NCBI RefSeq assembly: GCF_054482525.1
Contig: NZ_CM137006.1
DNA: 64,000 nt
Direction: 5' to 3' (one strand)
Shown here: piece after piece, positions 16,411 to 28,230 of the stretch
Layout of the letters: each line of letters begins with the position of its first letter
How positions within the stretch are numbered: the first letter of the stretch is position 1
Notes under the pieces: model-generated
Databases searched by the model: none
What the model saw: only the letters and a program-made list of their open reading frames with translations
Told to the model about the DNA's origin: nothing
Program-made: the position numbers and the translations under genes

Positions 16411-17838
16411 TCAGACGATCTCTTCCGCGTACTGCCAAAGTGCTTTTAACAGCGCCACTTTCTCTTTGTCATCGGCATATTGTTGTGCCAGCATCTGCAA
16501 TTCATCTGCATAGCCCTGCAAAAACTCTGGCGTGAAGACCTGGCGGCGGTGCTCCAGCCAGCGTTGCTGCTCGGCATAATCCAGCGTCCCCGGGAAGTTG
16601 CGCGCCCGATAATTGAACAACAGCTTTTCAATCCGTTTATCAACAAAAGTGATATCCAGTGCCGGTAAATTACGCGGCTCGGTTTCCAGCACAATTTTCA
16701 TTGCTGCACGATCGGCGTCACTGAAAAAGCCATTATAAAGCTGTGCATCCACGTTATCTGAAGGCGTAAACGGTTCGGCTTCCGCGAATATCGCCACCAC
16801 TTTTTCACGCACTTGCGGATTTTCACGCAGAATTTTCAGGTTATCGAGGCAATGCTGACGATTAATTCCCAGTCGGTCGGCATCTTCCGGGCGTAGCGTA
16901 TTCGCCTGGGCCAGCACCGGACATTTATTGATATGCACCAGTTTAACCGGAACGGCGGCGTTATCGCCAAGATCGGCTTTTGCGGTATATAGACGCTCGC
17001 GCAATGTGTCGCTATCCAGTTCCAGTAATGGCGAAATGTCTCCTGCCAAATCCACCATAATTACGGCATTGCGATTTTCAGGATGCCACGCCAGCGGTGC
17101 CACCCAGCTTGTATTGCCGCGCCATGCCCCAAACATTCCGGAAACGTGAACCAGGGGTTTCATCTGCGGAACATCAATCAACGCCATCAGTTTGTGTTTA
17201 TTACGATGGGTAAAGAGATAATCAAACAGGCGTGGCTGACGCGTTTTTACCAGTTTTGCCATCGCAATAGTGGCGTACACATCAGCCATCGCATCGTGGG
17301 CGTTGCTATGTTCAATACCATTCGCTTTGGTTAAATGCTCAAGGCGAAAGCTCGGTAGACCGTCATCATTTTCAGGCCAGTTTATTCCTTCCGGGCGCAG
17401 GGCATAGCAGGCACGCATAACATCCAGTAAATCCCAGCGCGAGTTATCATGCTGCCAGCTCCAGGCGTAAGGATCGTAGAAATTACGATAAAAAACGTTG
17501 CGTGTGACTTCGTCGTCGAAACGCACATTGTTGTAGCCCAGAATACAGGTCTTCGGTACGGTAAAAAGCGAGTGAATACGGGCGGCAAATGCGGCTTCGT
17601 TTTCTCCTTTCGCCCGAGCTTCCTGCGGGGTAATACCGGTAATTAATACTGCTCCAGGCTGGGGTAAATAGTCATCCGCGGGCTTGCAGTAAAAGACTTC
17701 GGGTTCGCCGATGACATTGAATTCGTCATCGGTGCGAATGGCTGCGAACTGTGCAGGGCGATCTAACGCGGGGTGCGTGCCAAAGGTTTCGTAATCGTGA
17801 AACAAAAAGGTAGATTGTTGCTTACCGTCATTCATCAT
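16411..17838 (-). CDS. sbcB: Exodeoxyribonuclease I
   Basis: ORF 16411..17886; start MMNDGKQQSTFLFHDYETFG (DEDDh exonuclease motif) gives 475 aa. Confidence 0.94.
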   Translation of the reverse strand: MMNDGKQQSTFLFHDYETFGTHPALDRPAQFAAIRTDDEFNVIGEPEVFYCKPADDYLPQPGAVLITGITPQEARAKGENEAAFAARIHSLFTVPKTCILGYNNVRFDDEVTRNVFYRNFYDPYAWSWQHDNSRWDLLDVMRACYALRPEGINWPENDDGLPSFRLEHLTKANGIEHSNAHDAMADVYATIAMAKLVKTRQPRLFDYLFTHRNKHKLMALIDVPQMKPLVHVSGMFGAWRGNTSWVAPLAWHPENRNAVIMVDLAGDISPLLELDSDTLRERLYTAKADLGDNAAVPVKLVHINKCPVLAQANTLRPEDADRLGINRQHCLDNLKILRENPQVREKVVAIFAEAEPFTPSDNVDAQLYNGFFSDADRAAMKIVLETEPRNLPALDITFVDKRIEKLLFNYRARNFPGTLDYAEQQRWLEHRRQVFTPEFLQGYADELQMLAQQYADDKEKVALLKALWQYAEEIV

Positions 17839-18040
17839 TAGGTTAAATCCGTTATTTCTGCTATCTGCCAGAGTATCAAATATCACCGTGCTAATCAGCT
17901 TTAGCGCGACAATTTGACAGCGAGTGGCAACAAATCATGTCAGATAAAAATGAGAGGGTAGTCACATTTTCTTGCACTTTATTCCAGCCAGTTCATAAGT
18001 ATTTCCGTAAAAAGAACAGCTATTTGAAACTCCTGAGGGT

Positions 18041-19213
18041 TTGCTGTTGAAACGCCGTCTTATTATTGCTGCTTCTTTGTTCGTTTTTAACTTATCGTCT
18101 GGTTTTGCGGCGGAAAACATTCCTTTTTCACCTCAGCCTCCAGAGATTCATGCCGGGTCCTGGGTATTGATGGATTACACCACCGGACAGATCCTCACCG
18201 CGGGTAATGAGCATCAACAGCGCAATCCCGCCAGCCTGACAAAGCTGATGACGGGCTATGTCGTGGATCGCGCTATCGATAGTCATCGCATTACGCCAGA
18301 CGATATTGTCACCGTGGGGCGCGATGCGTGGGCGAAAGATAATCCAGTGTTTGTCGGTTCTTCACTGATGTTTTTGAAAGAGGGCGATCGCGTATCGGTA
18401 CGTGATTTAAGCCGTGGTTTAATTGTGGATTCCGGAAATGACGCTTGTGTTGCTCTGGCTGACTATATTGCCGGTGGGCAACGGCAGTTTGTTGAAATGA
18501 TGAACAACTATGCCGAGAAGCTGCATCTCAAGGATACGCATTTTGAAACAGTGCATGGTCTGGATGCACCTGGCCAGCATAGCTCGGCTTATGATTTAGC
18601 CGTGCTTTCTCGCGCTATCATCCACGGCGAGCCCGAGTTTTATCATATGTACAGTGAGAAAAGCCTCACCTGGAACGGTATCACCCAGCAAAACCGTAAC
18701 GGGTTATTGTGGGATAAGACCATGAATGTTGACGGCCTGAAAACGGGTCATACTTCTGGTGCCGGGTTTAATCTTATTGCTTCGGCTGTAGACGGGCAGC
18801 GTCGCCTCATTGCAGTGGTAATGGGTGCTGACAGCGCAAAAGGTCGTGAGGAAGAGGCAAGAAAATTACTGCGTTGGGGGCAACAAAACTTTACTACGGT
18901 GCAAATTTTGCACCGTGGGAAAAAGGTCGGAACGGAACGCATCTGGTATGGCGATAAAGAAAATATCGACCTGGGAACGGAACAAGAGTTCTGGATGGTG
19001 CTACCGAAAGCCGAAATTCCACATATCAAAGCCAAATATACCCTTGATGGTAAAGAACTCACCGCGCCAATTAGCGCCCATCAGCGGGTAGGGGAAATTG
19101 AACTTTACGACCGTGATAAACAGGTGGCGCACTGGCCGCTGGTTACCCTGGAATCTGTCGGGGAAGGCAGCATGTTTTCCCGCCTGAGTGATTATTTCCA
19201 CCATAAGGCCTGA
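18041..19213 (+). CDS. dacD: D-alanyl-D-alanine carboxypeptidase (PBP6b)
   Basis: 390-aa ORF with signal peptide, SxxK active site (PASLTKLMT), SGN and KTG motifs. Confidence 0.9.
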   Translation: MLLKRRLIIAASLFVFNLSSGFAAENIPFSPQPPEIHAGSWVLMDYTTGQILTAGNEHQQRNPASLTKLMTGYVVDRAIDSHRITPDDIVTVGRDAWAKDNPVFVGSSLMFLKEGDRVSVRDLSRGLIVDSGNDACVALADYIAGGQRQFVEMMNNYAEKLHLKDTHFETVHGLDAPGQHSSAYDLAVLSRAIIHGEPEFYHMYSEKSLTWNGITQQNRNGLLWDKTMNVDGLKTGHTSGAGFNLIASAVDGQRRLIAVVMGADSAKGREEEARKLLRWGQQNFTTVQILHRGKKVGTERIWYGDKENIDLGTEQEFWMVLPKAEIPHIKAKYTLDGKELTAPISAHQRVGEIELYDRDKQVAHWPLVTLESVGEGSMFSRLSDYFHHKA

Positions 19214-19297
19214 CCTTTCTTTTGCAGCAGACTGGCAGGAGTGCGAGTCTGCTCGCATAATCAACACTCATTCCTTGTGGTTTTAATATTGCAACTA

Positions 19298-19317
19298 TAC
19301 TGTATATAAAAACAGTA
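19298..19317. promoter_or_regulatory. LexA operator (SOS box) upstream of sbmC
   Basis: tactgtatataaaaacagta: CTGT-N8-ACAG palindrome 15 bp upstream of the sbmC start; sbmC is an SOS gene. Confidence 0.85.
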
Positions 19318-19331
19318 TTAATGGAGGCGTC

Positions 19332-19802
19332 ATGAACTACGAGATTAAGCAGGAAGATAAACGTACCGTTGCAGGTTTCCATCTCGTTGGCCCGTGGGAA
19401 CAGACGGTAAAGAAAGGCTTTGAGCAGTTGATGATGTGGGTAGATAGCAAAAATATTGTGCCGAAGGAGTGGGTTGCTGTCTATTACGACAATCCAGATG
19501 AAACACCCGCCGAAAAATTACGCTGCGACACCGTCGTGACGGTACCGAATAACTTTACACTCCCCGAAAGTGAGGGCGTCATTCTGACAGAAATTTCAGG
19601 TGGTCAGTATGCGGTGGCGGTGGCTCGTGTAGTCGGTGATGATTTTGCTAAACCCTGGTATCAGTTCTTTAATAGCCTCTTGCAGGACAGTGCTTATGAA
19701 ATGTTGCCAAAGCCCTGCTTCGAGGTTTACTTGAACAATGGCGCAGAAGAGGGGTACTGGGATATCGAAATGTATGTTGCGGTGCAGCCAAAACATCACT
19801 AA
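19332..19802 (+). CDS. sbmC: DNA gyrase inhibitor
   Basis: [27 protein letters not shown]... (156 residues); GyrI-like fold protein. Confidence 0.9.
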   Translation: MNYEIKQEDKRTVAGFHLVGPWEQTVKKGFEQLMMWVDSKNIVPKEWVAVYYDNPDETPAEKLRCDTVVTVPNNFTLPESEGVILTEISGGQYAVAVARVVGDDFAKPWYQFFNSLLQDSAYEMLPKPCFEVYLNNGAEEGYWDIEMYVAVQPKHH

Positions 19803-20001
19803 TTCATCTCAGGGCGGTGTGTTAACGCGATGACCACTCTTTTTTTTGAAAGCGAAAAGAGTAAGATGCGCCTTTCAATTTTTTCGCTCCTGCCGGGAAA
19901 TTACACTGTTCCCGGTTTGTCCGTCGGATAATTCAGAGGCGCGCCTTCTGGCCGACAGATGTGTTATGAGCGCTTTTAATCTTCATTAACGGAGTTTCTG
20001 C

Positions 20002-21060
20002 GTGCGTGCCGATAAGTCATTAAGCCCGTTTGAAATCCGGGTATACCGCCATTACCGCATTGTGCATGGTACTCGGGTCGCGCTGGCATTCCTGCTCACT
20101 TTTCTCATTATCCGCCTGTTTACTATCCCGGAAAGCACCTGGCCGCTGGTCACCATGGTGGTGATTATGGGGCCAATCTCGTTCTGGGGGAACGTTGTCC
20201 CTCGTGCCTTCGAACGTATTGGCGGTACGGTGTTGGGGTCGATTTTAGGTCTTATCGCTCTGCAACTGGAGTTAATCTCGTTACCGCTGATGTTAGTCTG
20301 GTGCGCGGCGGCCATGTTCCTTTGCGGTTGGCTGGCGCTGGGCAAGAAACCGTATCAAGGTTTATTGATTGGGGTGACGCTGGCAATTGTTGTGGGTTCC
20401 CCGACAGGTGAAATTGATACGGCGTTATGGCGAAGCGGCGATGTGATCCTCGGCTCTTTACTGGCAATGTTGTTTACCGGTATCTGGCCACAACGGGCGT
20501 TCATCCACTGGCGCATTCAACTGGCAAAAAGTCTGACCGAGTATAATCGGGTCTATCAATCTGCATTCTCACCGAACTTGCTCGAACGCCCGCGTCTGGA
20601 AAGCCATCTACAAAAACTCCTGACCGATGCCGTGAAAATGCGTGGGCTGATTGCGCCCGCCAGCAAAGAAACTCGTATTCCAAAATCGATATATGAAGGT
20701 ATCCAGACCATTAACCGCAATCTGGTTTGTATGCTGGAGTTGCAAATCAATGCATACTGGGCCACGCGCCCCAGCCATTTCGTGTTATTGAACGCGCAAA
20801 AACTTCGTGATACCCAGCACATGATGCAGCAAATACTGCTGAGCCTTGTTCATGCGCTGTACGAAGGTAATCCGCAGCCGGTTTTTGCCAATACGGAAAA
20901 ATTGAACGATGCTGTGGAAGAGCTGCGTCAGTTGCTGAATAACCACCATGACCTGAAGGTTGTGGAAACACCAATCTATGGTTATGTGTGGCTGAACATG
21001 GAAACGGCACATCAGCTTGAGTTGCTATCGAGTCTGATTTGCCGGGCCTTGCGCAAATAA
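20002..21060 (+). CDS. yeeA: Inner membrane protein, FUSC-like family
   Basis: 352-aa ORF with several N-terminal TM helices; synteny between sbmC and yeeX. Confidence 0.8.
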   Translation: MRADKSLSPFEIRVYRHYRIVHGTRVALAFLLTFLIIRLFTIPESTWPLVTMVVIMGPISFWGNVVPRAFERIGGTVLGSILGLIALQLELISLPLMLVWCAAAMFLCGWLALGKKPYQGLLIGVTLAIVVGSPTGEIDTALWRSGDVILGSLLAMLFTGIWPQRAFIHWRIQLAKSLTEYNRVYQSAFSPNLLERPRLESHLQKLLTDAVKMRGLIAPASKETRIPKSIYEGIQTINRNLVCMLELQINAYWATRPSHFVLLNAQKLRDTQHMMQQILLSLVHALYEGNPQPVFANTEKLNDAVEELRQLLNNHHDLKVVETPIYGYVWLNMETAHQLELLSSLICRALRK

Positions 21061-21231
21061 TTCCTGAACTTCAGAATCATCTTGCTGCTGCTTCGATTCA
21101 GCAAGGATAAAGGGTATGATAGTGATAAGGGATAAAAGCATTGTCATCTGCGGCAGCTATGAGTAATGTTGGCCCTAACGAATAGCGGTTGCTTAAACGA
21201 ATCCGACTCTCACATTATCAGGGGTATAAAA

Positions 21232-21561
21232 ATGGAAACTACCAAGCCTTCATTCCAGGACGTACTGGAATTTGTTCGTCTGTTCCGTCGTAAGAACAAA
21301 CTGCAACGTGAAATTCAGGACGTTGAGAAAAAGATCCGTGACAACCAGAAGCGCGTCCTGCTGCTGGACAACCTGAGCGATTACATCAAGCCGGGGATGA
21401 GCGTTGAAGCAATCCAGGGCATCATCGCCAGCATGAAAGGTGACTATGAAGATCGTGTTGACGATTACATCATCAAAAATGCCGAGCTCTCCAAAGAACG
21501 CCGCGATATCTCCAAAAAGCTGAAAGCTATGGGCGAAATGAAAAACGGCGAAGCGAAGTAA
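21232..21561 (+). CDS. yeeX: UPF0265/DUF496 family protein
   Basis: ORF 21166..21561; start [30 protein letters not shown] gives 109 aa; terminator hairpin gagggttgcccggcaaccctc follows. Confidence 0.82.
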   Translation: METTKPSFQDVLEFVRLFRRKNKLQREIQDVEKKIRDNQKRVLLLDNLSDYIKPGMSVEAIQGIIASMKGDYEDRVDDYIIKNAELSKERRDISKKLKAMGEMKNGEAK

Positions 21562-21661
21562 TTCCTGTTTTATTCAATGAGGGTTGCCCGGCAACCCTCA
21601 TTGCTCATTGATTCTTTTCTGTGTATCACCGTCATCATTCCCATCTGATAACCTATTGAAA

Positions 21662-21934
21662 TTAGCGACAGCCTTCTTCTGTATGCAGCAAGGCAAAAAG
21701 TTCTGCAACTCCATTGTTATTAACCGCACTGGTTACTAACACATTGTGCGCTCCAGCTTCCCGTAACCAACTTTTCACCAAAGATATTTGTTCCATGCTG
21801 GCTAAATCTGCTTTGGTGACTACTCCAATAACAGGGCGATTCATTGACGAGGTAAAGCCTGGCGAAAAAGGGGACCACGGTGTGTCCGCATTAAGCACCA
21901 GGGCGATAATGTCTGCTTCGCAGGCGCTGACCAA
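21662..21934 (-). pseudogene. yoeF: Truncated EutP/PduV-family GTPase remnant (yoeF-like); probable relic of a lost pdu operon
   Basis: 90-aa ORF ...[41 protein letters not shown]... corresponds to the C-terminal two thirds of EutP/PduV proteins; the N-terminal P-loop is missing. Confidence 0.55.
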
Positions 21935-22429
21935 CAGAGCACTGTAGAGGCTGCGGTTTTATCTGTGAGGACTGGCAGCAAGATTTCCAGCCTCTTGACG
22001 GTGGGCCTGTGCAATCGTTATCAGATGCGTATAGCGATTATTCAGTGCTGCTATTGATAGCAGCTGAAAGCGAGATATCCGTACCAGAATGGCTCCCTCA
22101 TTCTGAGGGAACGACGGTAATTGTGATTGCAGAACACAATGCCCGTTTGCTGACTGGTCCGGCTGGTGGGGCTGTGGCATTGATCCATTATCTGAATGAA
22201 ATCTGTCATTCCAGAGAAACCGCTGTCAATGACGCATTTTGTCGGACGTTAACACGAGGAAGTCTGGCTATTCCGCAATGCCATCTTCTTTCGTAATGGA
22301 TTGAGAATGCTGGATTTTTAATTATATTACGCGCAGTATTAATCGCGTAAATGTTTTGCGGTCAGCAACGGTGGGGGATCCATTGTTCTGTTCAATGAAT
22401 ACCATCATACAATTGAATCAGGAGTCGGT

Positions 22430-22975
22430 ATGATGATTTTGGTGACGGGGGGCGCACGGAGCGGGAAAAGTCGCCACGCAGAGGCGCTTATTGGGGACTC
22501 TTCACAGGTTCTGTATATCGCCACCTCGCAAATCCTTGATGATGAGATGGCTGCACGGATAGAACATCATCGGCAAGGCCGCCCGGCGCACTGGCGCACG
22601 GTGGAGCGCTGGCAACATCTTGATGAATTAATTCATGCAGACATTAACCCGAATGAGGCTGTGTTGCTGGAATGCGTTACCACAATGGTGACTAATCTGT
22701 TGTTTGATTATGGCGGCGATAAAGACCCTGATGAATGGGATTATCAGGCGATGGAACAGGCGATTAATGCTGAGATTCAGTCGTTGATTGCTGCCTGCCA
22801 ACGTTGCCCCGCAAAGGTTGTATTAGTGACTAACGAAGTGGGAATGGGGATTGTGCCGGAGAGTCGTCTGGCACGACATTTTCGTGATATTGCCGGGCGG
22901 GTAAATCAGCAGTTGGCCGCTGCGGCAAATGAAGTATGGCTGGTGGTTTCGGGTATTGGAGTAAAAATCAAATGA
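22430..22975 (+). CDS. cobU: Adenosylcobinamide kinase / adenosylcobinamide-phosphate guanylyltransferase
   Basis: 181-aa ORF with P-loop GGARSGKS. Confidence 0.94.
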   Translation: MMILVTGGARSGKSRHAEALIGDSSQVLYIATSQILDDEMAARIEHHRQGRPAHWRTVERWQHLDELIHADINPNEAVLLECVTTMVTNLLFDYGGDKDPDEWDYQAMEQAINAEIQSLIAACQRCPAKVVLVTNEVGMGIVPESRLARHFRDIAGRVNQQLAAAANEVWLVVSGIGVKIK

Positions 22976-23715
22976 GTAAATTATTTTGGGCGATGCTCTC
23001 ATTTATTACGCGTCTGCCTGTACCGCGTCGCTGGTCCCAGGGACTGGATTTCGAGCATTATTCTCGCGGTATTATTACTTTTCCTTTGATTGGATTATTG
23101 CTTGGCGCGATTAGCGGGCTGGTCTTCATGGTGCTGCAGGCATGGTGTGGCGTACCACTGGCGGCACTGTTTAGCGTACTTGTGCTGGCGCTGATGACCG
23201 GGGGATTCCATCTGGACGGCCTCGCTGATACCTGTGATGGCGTATTTTCTGCACGTAGCCGCGATCGCATGTTGGAAATCATGCGTGATAGCCGTTTAGG
23301 CACCCACGGCGGTCTGGCATTGATTTTTGTGGTACTGGCAAAGATTCTGGTGTTAAGCGAGTTGGCTCTGCGTGGCGAACCGATCCTTGCATCGCTGGCG
23401 GCAGCATGTGCGGTCAGCCGCGGGACTGCCGCATTATTGATGTATCGTCATCGTTATGCGCGGGAAGAAGGGCTTGGCAATGTGTTCATTGGCAAAATTG
23501 ATGGGCGACAAACCTGCGTCACACTCGGCTTAGCCGCTATTTTTGCTGCCGTATTATTGCCGGGTATGCATGGTGTGGCTGCTATGGTGGTGACGATGGT
23601 GGTGATTTTCATCCTCGGTCAGCTTCTCAAACGTACGCTGGGCGGGCAAACGGGCGATACGCTGGGTGCAGCCATAGAGCTTGGTGAACTGGTCTTCCTG
23701 CTGGCACTGCTATAA
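22972..23715 (+). CDS. cobS: Adenosylcobinamide-GDP ribazoletransferase (cobalamin synthase)
   Basis: ORF 22936..23715; start [11 protein letters not shown] overlaps the cobU stop (ATGA); 247 aa, polytopic membrane protein. Confidence 0.93.
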   Translation: MSKLFWAMLSFITRLPVPRRWSQGLDFEHYSRGIITFPLIGLLLGAISGLVFMVLQAWCGVPLAALFSVLVLALMTGGFHLDGLADTCDGVFSARSRDRMLEIMRDSRLGTHGGLALIFVVLAKILVLSELALRGEPILASLAAACAVSRGTAALLMYRHRYAREEGLGNVFIGKIDGRQTCVTLGLAAIFAAVLLPGMHGVAAMVVTMVVIFILGQLLKRTLGGQTGDTLGAAIELGELVFLLALL

Positions 23716-23726
23716 AGAGACGTGAC

Positions 23727-24806
23727 ATGCAAATACTTGCCGATTTACTGAATACGATCCCAGCCATCGATCCTGCCGCTATGTCGCGTGCACAACGGCA
23801 TATTGACGGGTTACTCAAACCTGTTGGTAGCCTGGGAAAGCTGGAGGCGCTTGCCATACAACTGGCAGGAATGCCGGGGTTGAATGGCATACCGCATGTG
23901 GGCAAAAAAGCGATACTGGTTATGTGTGCCGATCACGGCGTCTGGGAGGAAGGGGTCGCTATTTCTCCAAAAGAAGTGACAGCCATACAGGCTGAAAATA
24001 TGACCCGCGGAACAACCGGCGTGTGTGTGCTGGCAGCACAAGCGGGCGCTAACGTCCACGTAATTGATGTTGGTATTGATACTGCTGAGCCTATCCCCGG
24101 GCTTATCAACATGCGTGTCGCACGAGGTAGCAGCAATATTGCTTCAGCTCCGGCAATGAGTCGCCGTCAGGCTGAAAAGTTGCTTTTGGACGTCATATGT
24201 TATACGCGGGAGCTGGCAAAAAACGGTGTCACGCTGTTTGGTGTAGGTGAACTGGGGATGGCAAACACGACACCGGCAGCGGCAATAGTCAGCACAATCA
24301 CTGGCCGGGATCCTGAAGAAGTGGTTGGGATTGGCGCAAACCTGCCGACAGATAAACTGGCTAATAAAATTGATGTTGTGCGTCGGGCGATTACGTTGAA
24401 TCAACCAAATCCTCGGGATGGTGTTGATGTCCTGGCAAAAGTGGGTGGATTTGATTTGGTCGGAATAGCTGGAGTGATGTTAGGTGCTGCTTCCTGCGGT
24501 TTACCCGTGTTGCTGGATGGATTTCTTTCTTATGCTGCTGCGCTCGCAGCCTGCCAGATGTCTCCTGCAATCAAACCGTATCTCATTCCTTCTCACTTGT
24601 CGGCAGAAAAAGGCGCGCGTATAGCGCTGTCGCATTTGGGGCTGGAGCCTTATCTCAATATGGATATGCGTTTAGGTGAGGGGAGTGGTGCAGCTCTGGC
24701 GATGCCCATCATCGAAGCTGCTTGTGCGATATACAACAATATGGGCGAACTTGCTGCCAGTAATATTGTTCTACCGGGGAATACGACTTCTGATTTGAAC
24801 AGCTAA
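23727..24806 (+). CDS. cobT: Nicotinate-nucleotide--dimethylbenzimidazole phosphoribosyltransferase
   Basis: 359-aa [43 protein letters not shown]... Confidence 0.94.
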   Translation: MQILADLLNTIPAIDPAAMSRAQRHIDGLLKPVGSLGKLEALAIQLAGMPGLNGIPHVGKKAILVMCADHGVWEEGVAISPKEVTAIQAENMTRGTTGVCVLAAQAGANVHVIDVGIDTAEPIPGLINMRVARGSSNIASAPAMSRRQAEKLLLDVICYTRELAKNGVTLFGVGELGMANTTPAAAIVSTITGRDPEEVVGIGANLPTDKLANKIDVVRRAITLNQPNPRDGVDVLAKVGGFDLVGIAGVMLGAASCGLPVLLDGFLSYAAALAACQMSPAIKPYLIPSHLSAEKGARIALSHLGLEPYLNMDMRLGEGSGAALAMPIIEAACAIYNNMGELAASNIVLPGNTTSDLNS

Positions 24807-24870
24807 AAACGAAAAGTCTGATAAAAGCTATACTTATCGGATAGTATTCGCGACTTAGGAAAGGGACATG

Positions 24871-25803
24871 ATGCGTCGTGTAAATATTCTTTGCTCATTT
24901 GCTCTACTTTTTGCCAGCCATAATAGCCTGGCGGTAACTTATCCATTACCTCCAGAGGGTAGCCGTTTAGTGGGACAGTCGCTTACTGTAACTGTTCCTG
25001 ATCACAATACCCAGCCGCTGGAGACTTTTGCCGCACAATACGGGCAAGGGTTAAGTAACATGCTGGAAGCGAATCCGGGCGCTGATGTTTTCTTGCCGAA
25101 GTCAGGCTCGCAACTCACCATTCCGCAGCAACTGATTTTGCCCGCCACTGTTCGTAAAGGGATTGTGGTTAACGTCGCTGAGATGCGTCTTTATTACTAC
25201 CCACCAGACAGTAATACTGTGGAAGTCTTTCCTATTGGTATCGGCCAGGCTGGGCGAGAAACCCCGCGTAACTGGGTGACTACCGTTGAACGTAAACAAG
25301 AAGCACCAACCTGGACGCCAACGCCGAACACCCGGCGCGAATATGAGAAACGAGGGGAGAGTTTGCCCGCATTTGTTCCTGCGGGGCCTGATAATCCCAT
25401 GGGGCTGTATGCGATTTATATTGGCAGGCTATATGCCATCCACGGTACCAATGCCAATTTTGGTATTGGGCTCCGGGTAAGTCAGGGCTGTATTCGTCTG
25501 CGCAATGACGATATCAAATATCTGTTTGATAATGTTCCTGTAGGTACTCGTGTACAAATTATTGATCAGCCAGTGAAATACACAACGGAACCGGATGGAT
25601 CAAAGTGGCTGGAAGTTCATGAGCCGCTGTCGCGCAATCGTGCTGAATATGAGTCTGACCGAAAAGTGCCATTGCCGGTAACCCCATCTTTGCGGGCGTT
25701 TATCAACGGGCAAGAAGTTGATGTGAATCGCGCAAATGCTGCGTTGCAACGTCGATCGGGAATGCCTGTGCAAATTAGTTCTGGTTCAAGACAGATGTTT
25801 TAA
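24871..25803 (+). CDS. ldtA: L,D-transpeptidase (YkuD domain)
   Basis: ORF 24868..25803; signal peptide; catalytic motif HGT...SQGCIRL; 310 aa from [10 protein letters not shown]. Confidence 0.88.
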   Translation: MRRVNILCSFALLFASHNSLAVTYPLPPEGSRLVGQSLTVTVPDHNTQPLETFAAQYGQGLSNMLEANPGADVFLPKSGSQLTIPQQLILPATVRKGIVVNVAEMRLYYYPPDSNTVEVFPIGIGQAGRETPRNWVTTVERKQEAPTWTPTPNTRREYEKRGESLPAFVPAGPDNPMGLYAIYIGRLYAIHGTNANFGIGLRVSQGCIRLRNDDIKYLFDNVPVGTRVQIIDQPVKYTTEPDGSKWLEVHEPLSRNRAEYESDRKVPLPVTPSLRAFINGQEVDVNRANAALQRRSGMPVQISSGSRQMF

Positions 25804-25825
25804 GAGCGTTGGTAATTAGAAAGCA

Positions 25826-25854
25826 AAAAGCCTGCTTGAAAGCAGGCTTTTTTG
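25826..25854. terminator. Bidirectional terminator between ldtA and tRNA-Asn
   Basis: gcctgcttgaaagcaggc hairpin followed by T6 on + and flanked by an A run (T run on -). Confidence 0.75.
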
Positions 25855-25858
25855 AATT

Positions 25859-25934
25859 TGGCTCCTCTGACTGGACTCGAACCAGTGACATACGGATTAA
25901 CAGTCCGCCGTTCTACCGACTGAACTACAGAGGA
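25859..25934 (-). tRNA. asnV: tRNA-Asn (GUU)
   Basis: Reverse complement reads TCCTCTGTAGTTCAGTCGGTAGAACGGCGGACTGTTAATCCGTATGTCACTGGTTCGAGTCCAGTCAGAGGAGCCA (76 nt, anticodon GTT). The asnV name is assigned from synteny next to ldtA/nac. Confidence 0.95.
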
Positions 25935-26260
25935 ATCGTGTGAACGGGGCGCATATTAATGGCAGTGCATGGTGATGTCAAAGGGTGAAATGCATTTTTT
26001 TGTTTGTTTGCTGTCAATTTCAACAAAGTGGTGAGCTTTCAATCTTATTGGGTAATGAACCATCGTGGTGCATACCCTCCTTTTATAGGGCAGGGGAACG
26101 CGACAGCTGATAAAAAGAGCCAATGACGAATCTATCATAATCTCTTATTTGACAGTTGGTTAGCTTGTACATCAACGCCAAAATAAAACTGGCAAGCATC
26201 TTGCAATCTGGTTGTAAGTAATGGCGGCACTTGGGCCGATTCTTATAAACCGGAGGCAAC

Positions 26261-27178
26261 ATGAACTTCAGACGCCTGAAATACTTCGTAAAAATTGTAG
26301 ATATTGGTAGCCTGACCCAGGCTGCTGAAGTATTGCATATCGCACAACCAGCGCTCAGTCAGCAGGTTGCCACACTGGAAGGTGAGTTAAATCAACAACT
26401 TTTGATTCGCACAAAACGGGGCGTTACGCCAACTGACGCCGGAAAAATTCTCTATACCCATGCGCGGGCCATTTTACGTCAGTGTGAGCAGGCCCAACTG
26501 GCGGTGCATAACGTTGGTCAGGCATTATCGGGGCAAGTCTCGATTGGCTTTGCACCAGGAACCGCTGCGTCATCCATCACCATGCCCTTATTACAGGCGG
26601 TTCGCGCTGAATTTCCGGAGGTCGTTATCTATCTTCATGAAAATAGCGGTGCAGTGCTTAACGAAAAACTGATAAATCACCAACTCGATATGGCGGTGAT
26701 TTATGAGCATTCCCCTGTGGCTGGTGTATCCAGTCAGGCTTTACTGAAAGAAGATCTTTTTCTGGTAGGAACTCAAGATTGCCCGGGGCAAAGCGTTGAT
26801 GTTAATGCTATCGCGCAAATGAACCTCTTTCTCCCCAGTGATTACAGTGCTGTTAGACTTCGTGTTGATGAGGCTTTTTCCCTACGGCGACTCACGGCAA
26901 AAGTCATTGGTGAAATTGAGTCTATTGCCACGCTTACCGCAGCGATTGCCAGCGGCATGGGCGTTGCAGTATTACCCGAATCGGCCGCGCGTTCGTTATG
27001 TGGCGCAGTAAACGGATGGATGTCACGCATTACCACACCTTCCATGAGTCTCTCTTTGTCATTAAATTTACCCGCCAGAGCGAACTTATCACCACAGGCG
27101 CAAGCAGTGAAAGAGTTGTTAATGTCAGTGATGAGTTCTCCAGTGATGGAAAAAAGGCAGTGGCAATTGGTGAGCTAA
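26261..27178 (+). CDS. nac: Nitrogen assimilation control protein (LysR family)
   Basis: 305-aa ORF MNFRRLKYFVKIVDIGSLTQAAEVLHIAQPALSQQV... Confidence 0.92.
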   Translation: MNFRRLKYFVKIVDIGSLTQAAEVLHIAQPALSQQVATLEGELNQQLLIRTKRGVTPTDAGKILYTHARAILRQCEQAQLAVHNVGQALSGQVSIGFAPGTAASSITMPLLQAVRAEFPEVVIYLHENSGAVLNEKLINHQLDMAVIYEHSPVAGVSSQALLKEDLFLVGTQDCPGQSVDVNAIAQMNLFLPSDYSAVRLRVDEAFSLRRLTAKVIGEIESIATLTAAIASGMGVAVLPESAARSLCGAVNGWMSRITTPSMSLSLSLNLPARANLSPQAQAVKELLMSVMSSPVMEKRQWQLVS

Positions 27179-27279
27179 GCATTATATCGGGATGGAATAA
27201 GATGCGGGTTTTTATTATTTGTTATGCCGGGCATTAGACTTTAACAATAACGGGAAATCTGAACTGCCCGGAGTTTACC

Positions 27280-28230
27280 GTGAATTTCCAACAACTAAAG
27301 ATAATCCGCGAGGCTGCACGTCAGGATTACAACCTGACAGAGGTTGCGAATATGCTTTTTACCTCACAGTCCGGCGTCAGCCGTCATATTCGGGAACTGG
27401 AGGATGAACTTGGCATCGAAATATTTGTTCGACGAGGTAAGCGACTGCTGGGCATGACTGAACCGGGCAAAGCATTACTGGTCATTGCAGAACGTATTCT
27501 GAATGAAGCCAGTAATGTTCGTCGGCTTGCAGACCTGTTTACCAACGATACGTCTGGCGTTCTCACTATTGCAACGACGCATACTCAGGCACGTTATAGC
27601 TTGCCTGAGGTCATTAAAGCTTTTCGCGAACTTTTCCCGGAGGTTCGGCTGGAGCTAATCCAGGGTACACCACAGGAAATTGCGACGTTGTTGCAAAATG
27701 GCGAAGCTGATATTGGTATCGCCAGCGAGCGTTTAAGTAATGACCCGCAGCTCGTCGCCTTCCCGTGGTTTCGTTGGCACCATAGTTTGCTTGTTCCACT
27801 CGATCATCCCTTGACGCAAATTACACCGTTGACGCTGGAATCAATAGCGAAGTGGCCGTTAATTACTTACCGACAGGGAATTACGGGGCGCTCACGTATT
27901 GATGACGCATTTGTCCGCAAAGGTTTGCTGGCAGATATTGTATTAAGTGCGCAGGATTCTGATGTCATTAAAACCTATGTTGCTCTTGGGCTGGGGATTG
28001 GATTAGTTGCCGAACAATCCAGCGGCGAACAAGAGGAAGAGAATTTAATCCGTCTGGATACGCGGCATCTTTTCGATGCCAATACTGTATGGTTGGGACT
28101 GAAGCGAGGGCAACTTCAACGTAACTATGTCTGGCGCTTTCTGGAACTTTGTAATGCAGGACTGTCAGTTGAGGATATCAAGCGCCAGGTGATGGAGAAC
28201 AGTGAAGAGGAAATTGATTATCAGATATAG
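27280..28230 (+). CDS. cbl: LysR-family regulator of the sulfonate-sulfur utilization regulon
   Basis: 316-aa ORF MNFQQLKIIREAARQDYNLTEVANMLFTSQSGVSRHIRELE... Confidence 0.92.
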   Translation: MNFQQLKIIREAARQDYNLTEVANMLFTSQSGVSRHIRELEDELGIEIFVRRGKRLLGMTEPGKALLVIAERILNEASNVRRLADLFTNDTSGVLTIATTHTQARYSLPEVIKAFRELFPEVRLELIQGTPQEIATLLQNGEADIGIASERLSNDPQLVAFPWFRWHHSLLVPLDHPLTQITPLTLESIAKWPLITYRQGITGRSRIDDAFVRKGLLADIVLSAQDSDVIKTYVALGLGIGLVAEQSSGEQEEENLIRLDTRHLFDANTVWLGLKRGQLQRNYVWRFLELCNAGLSVEDIKRQVMENSEEEIDYQI

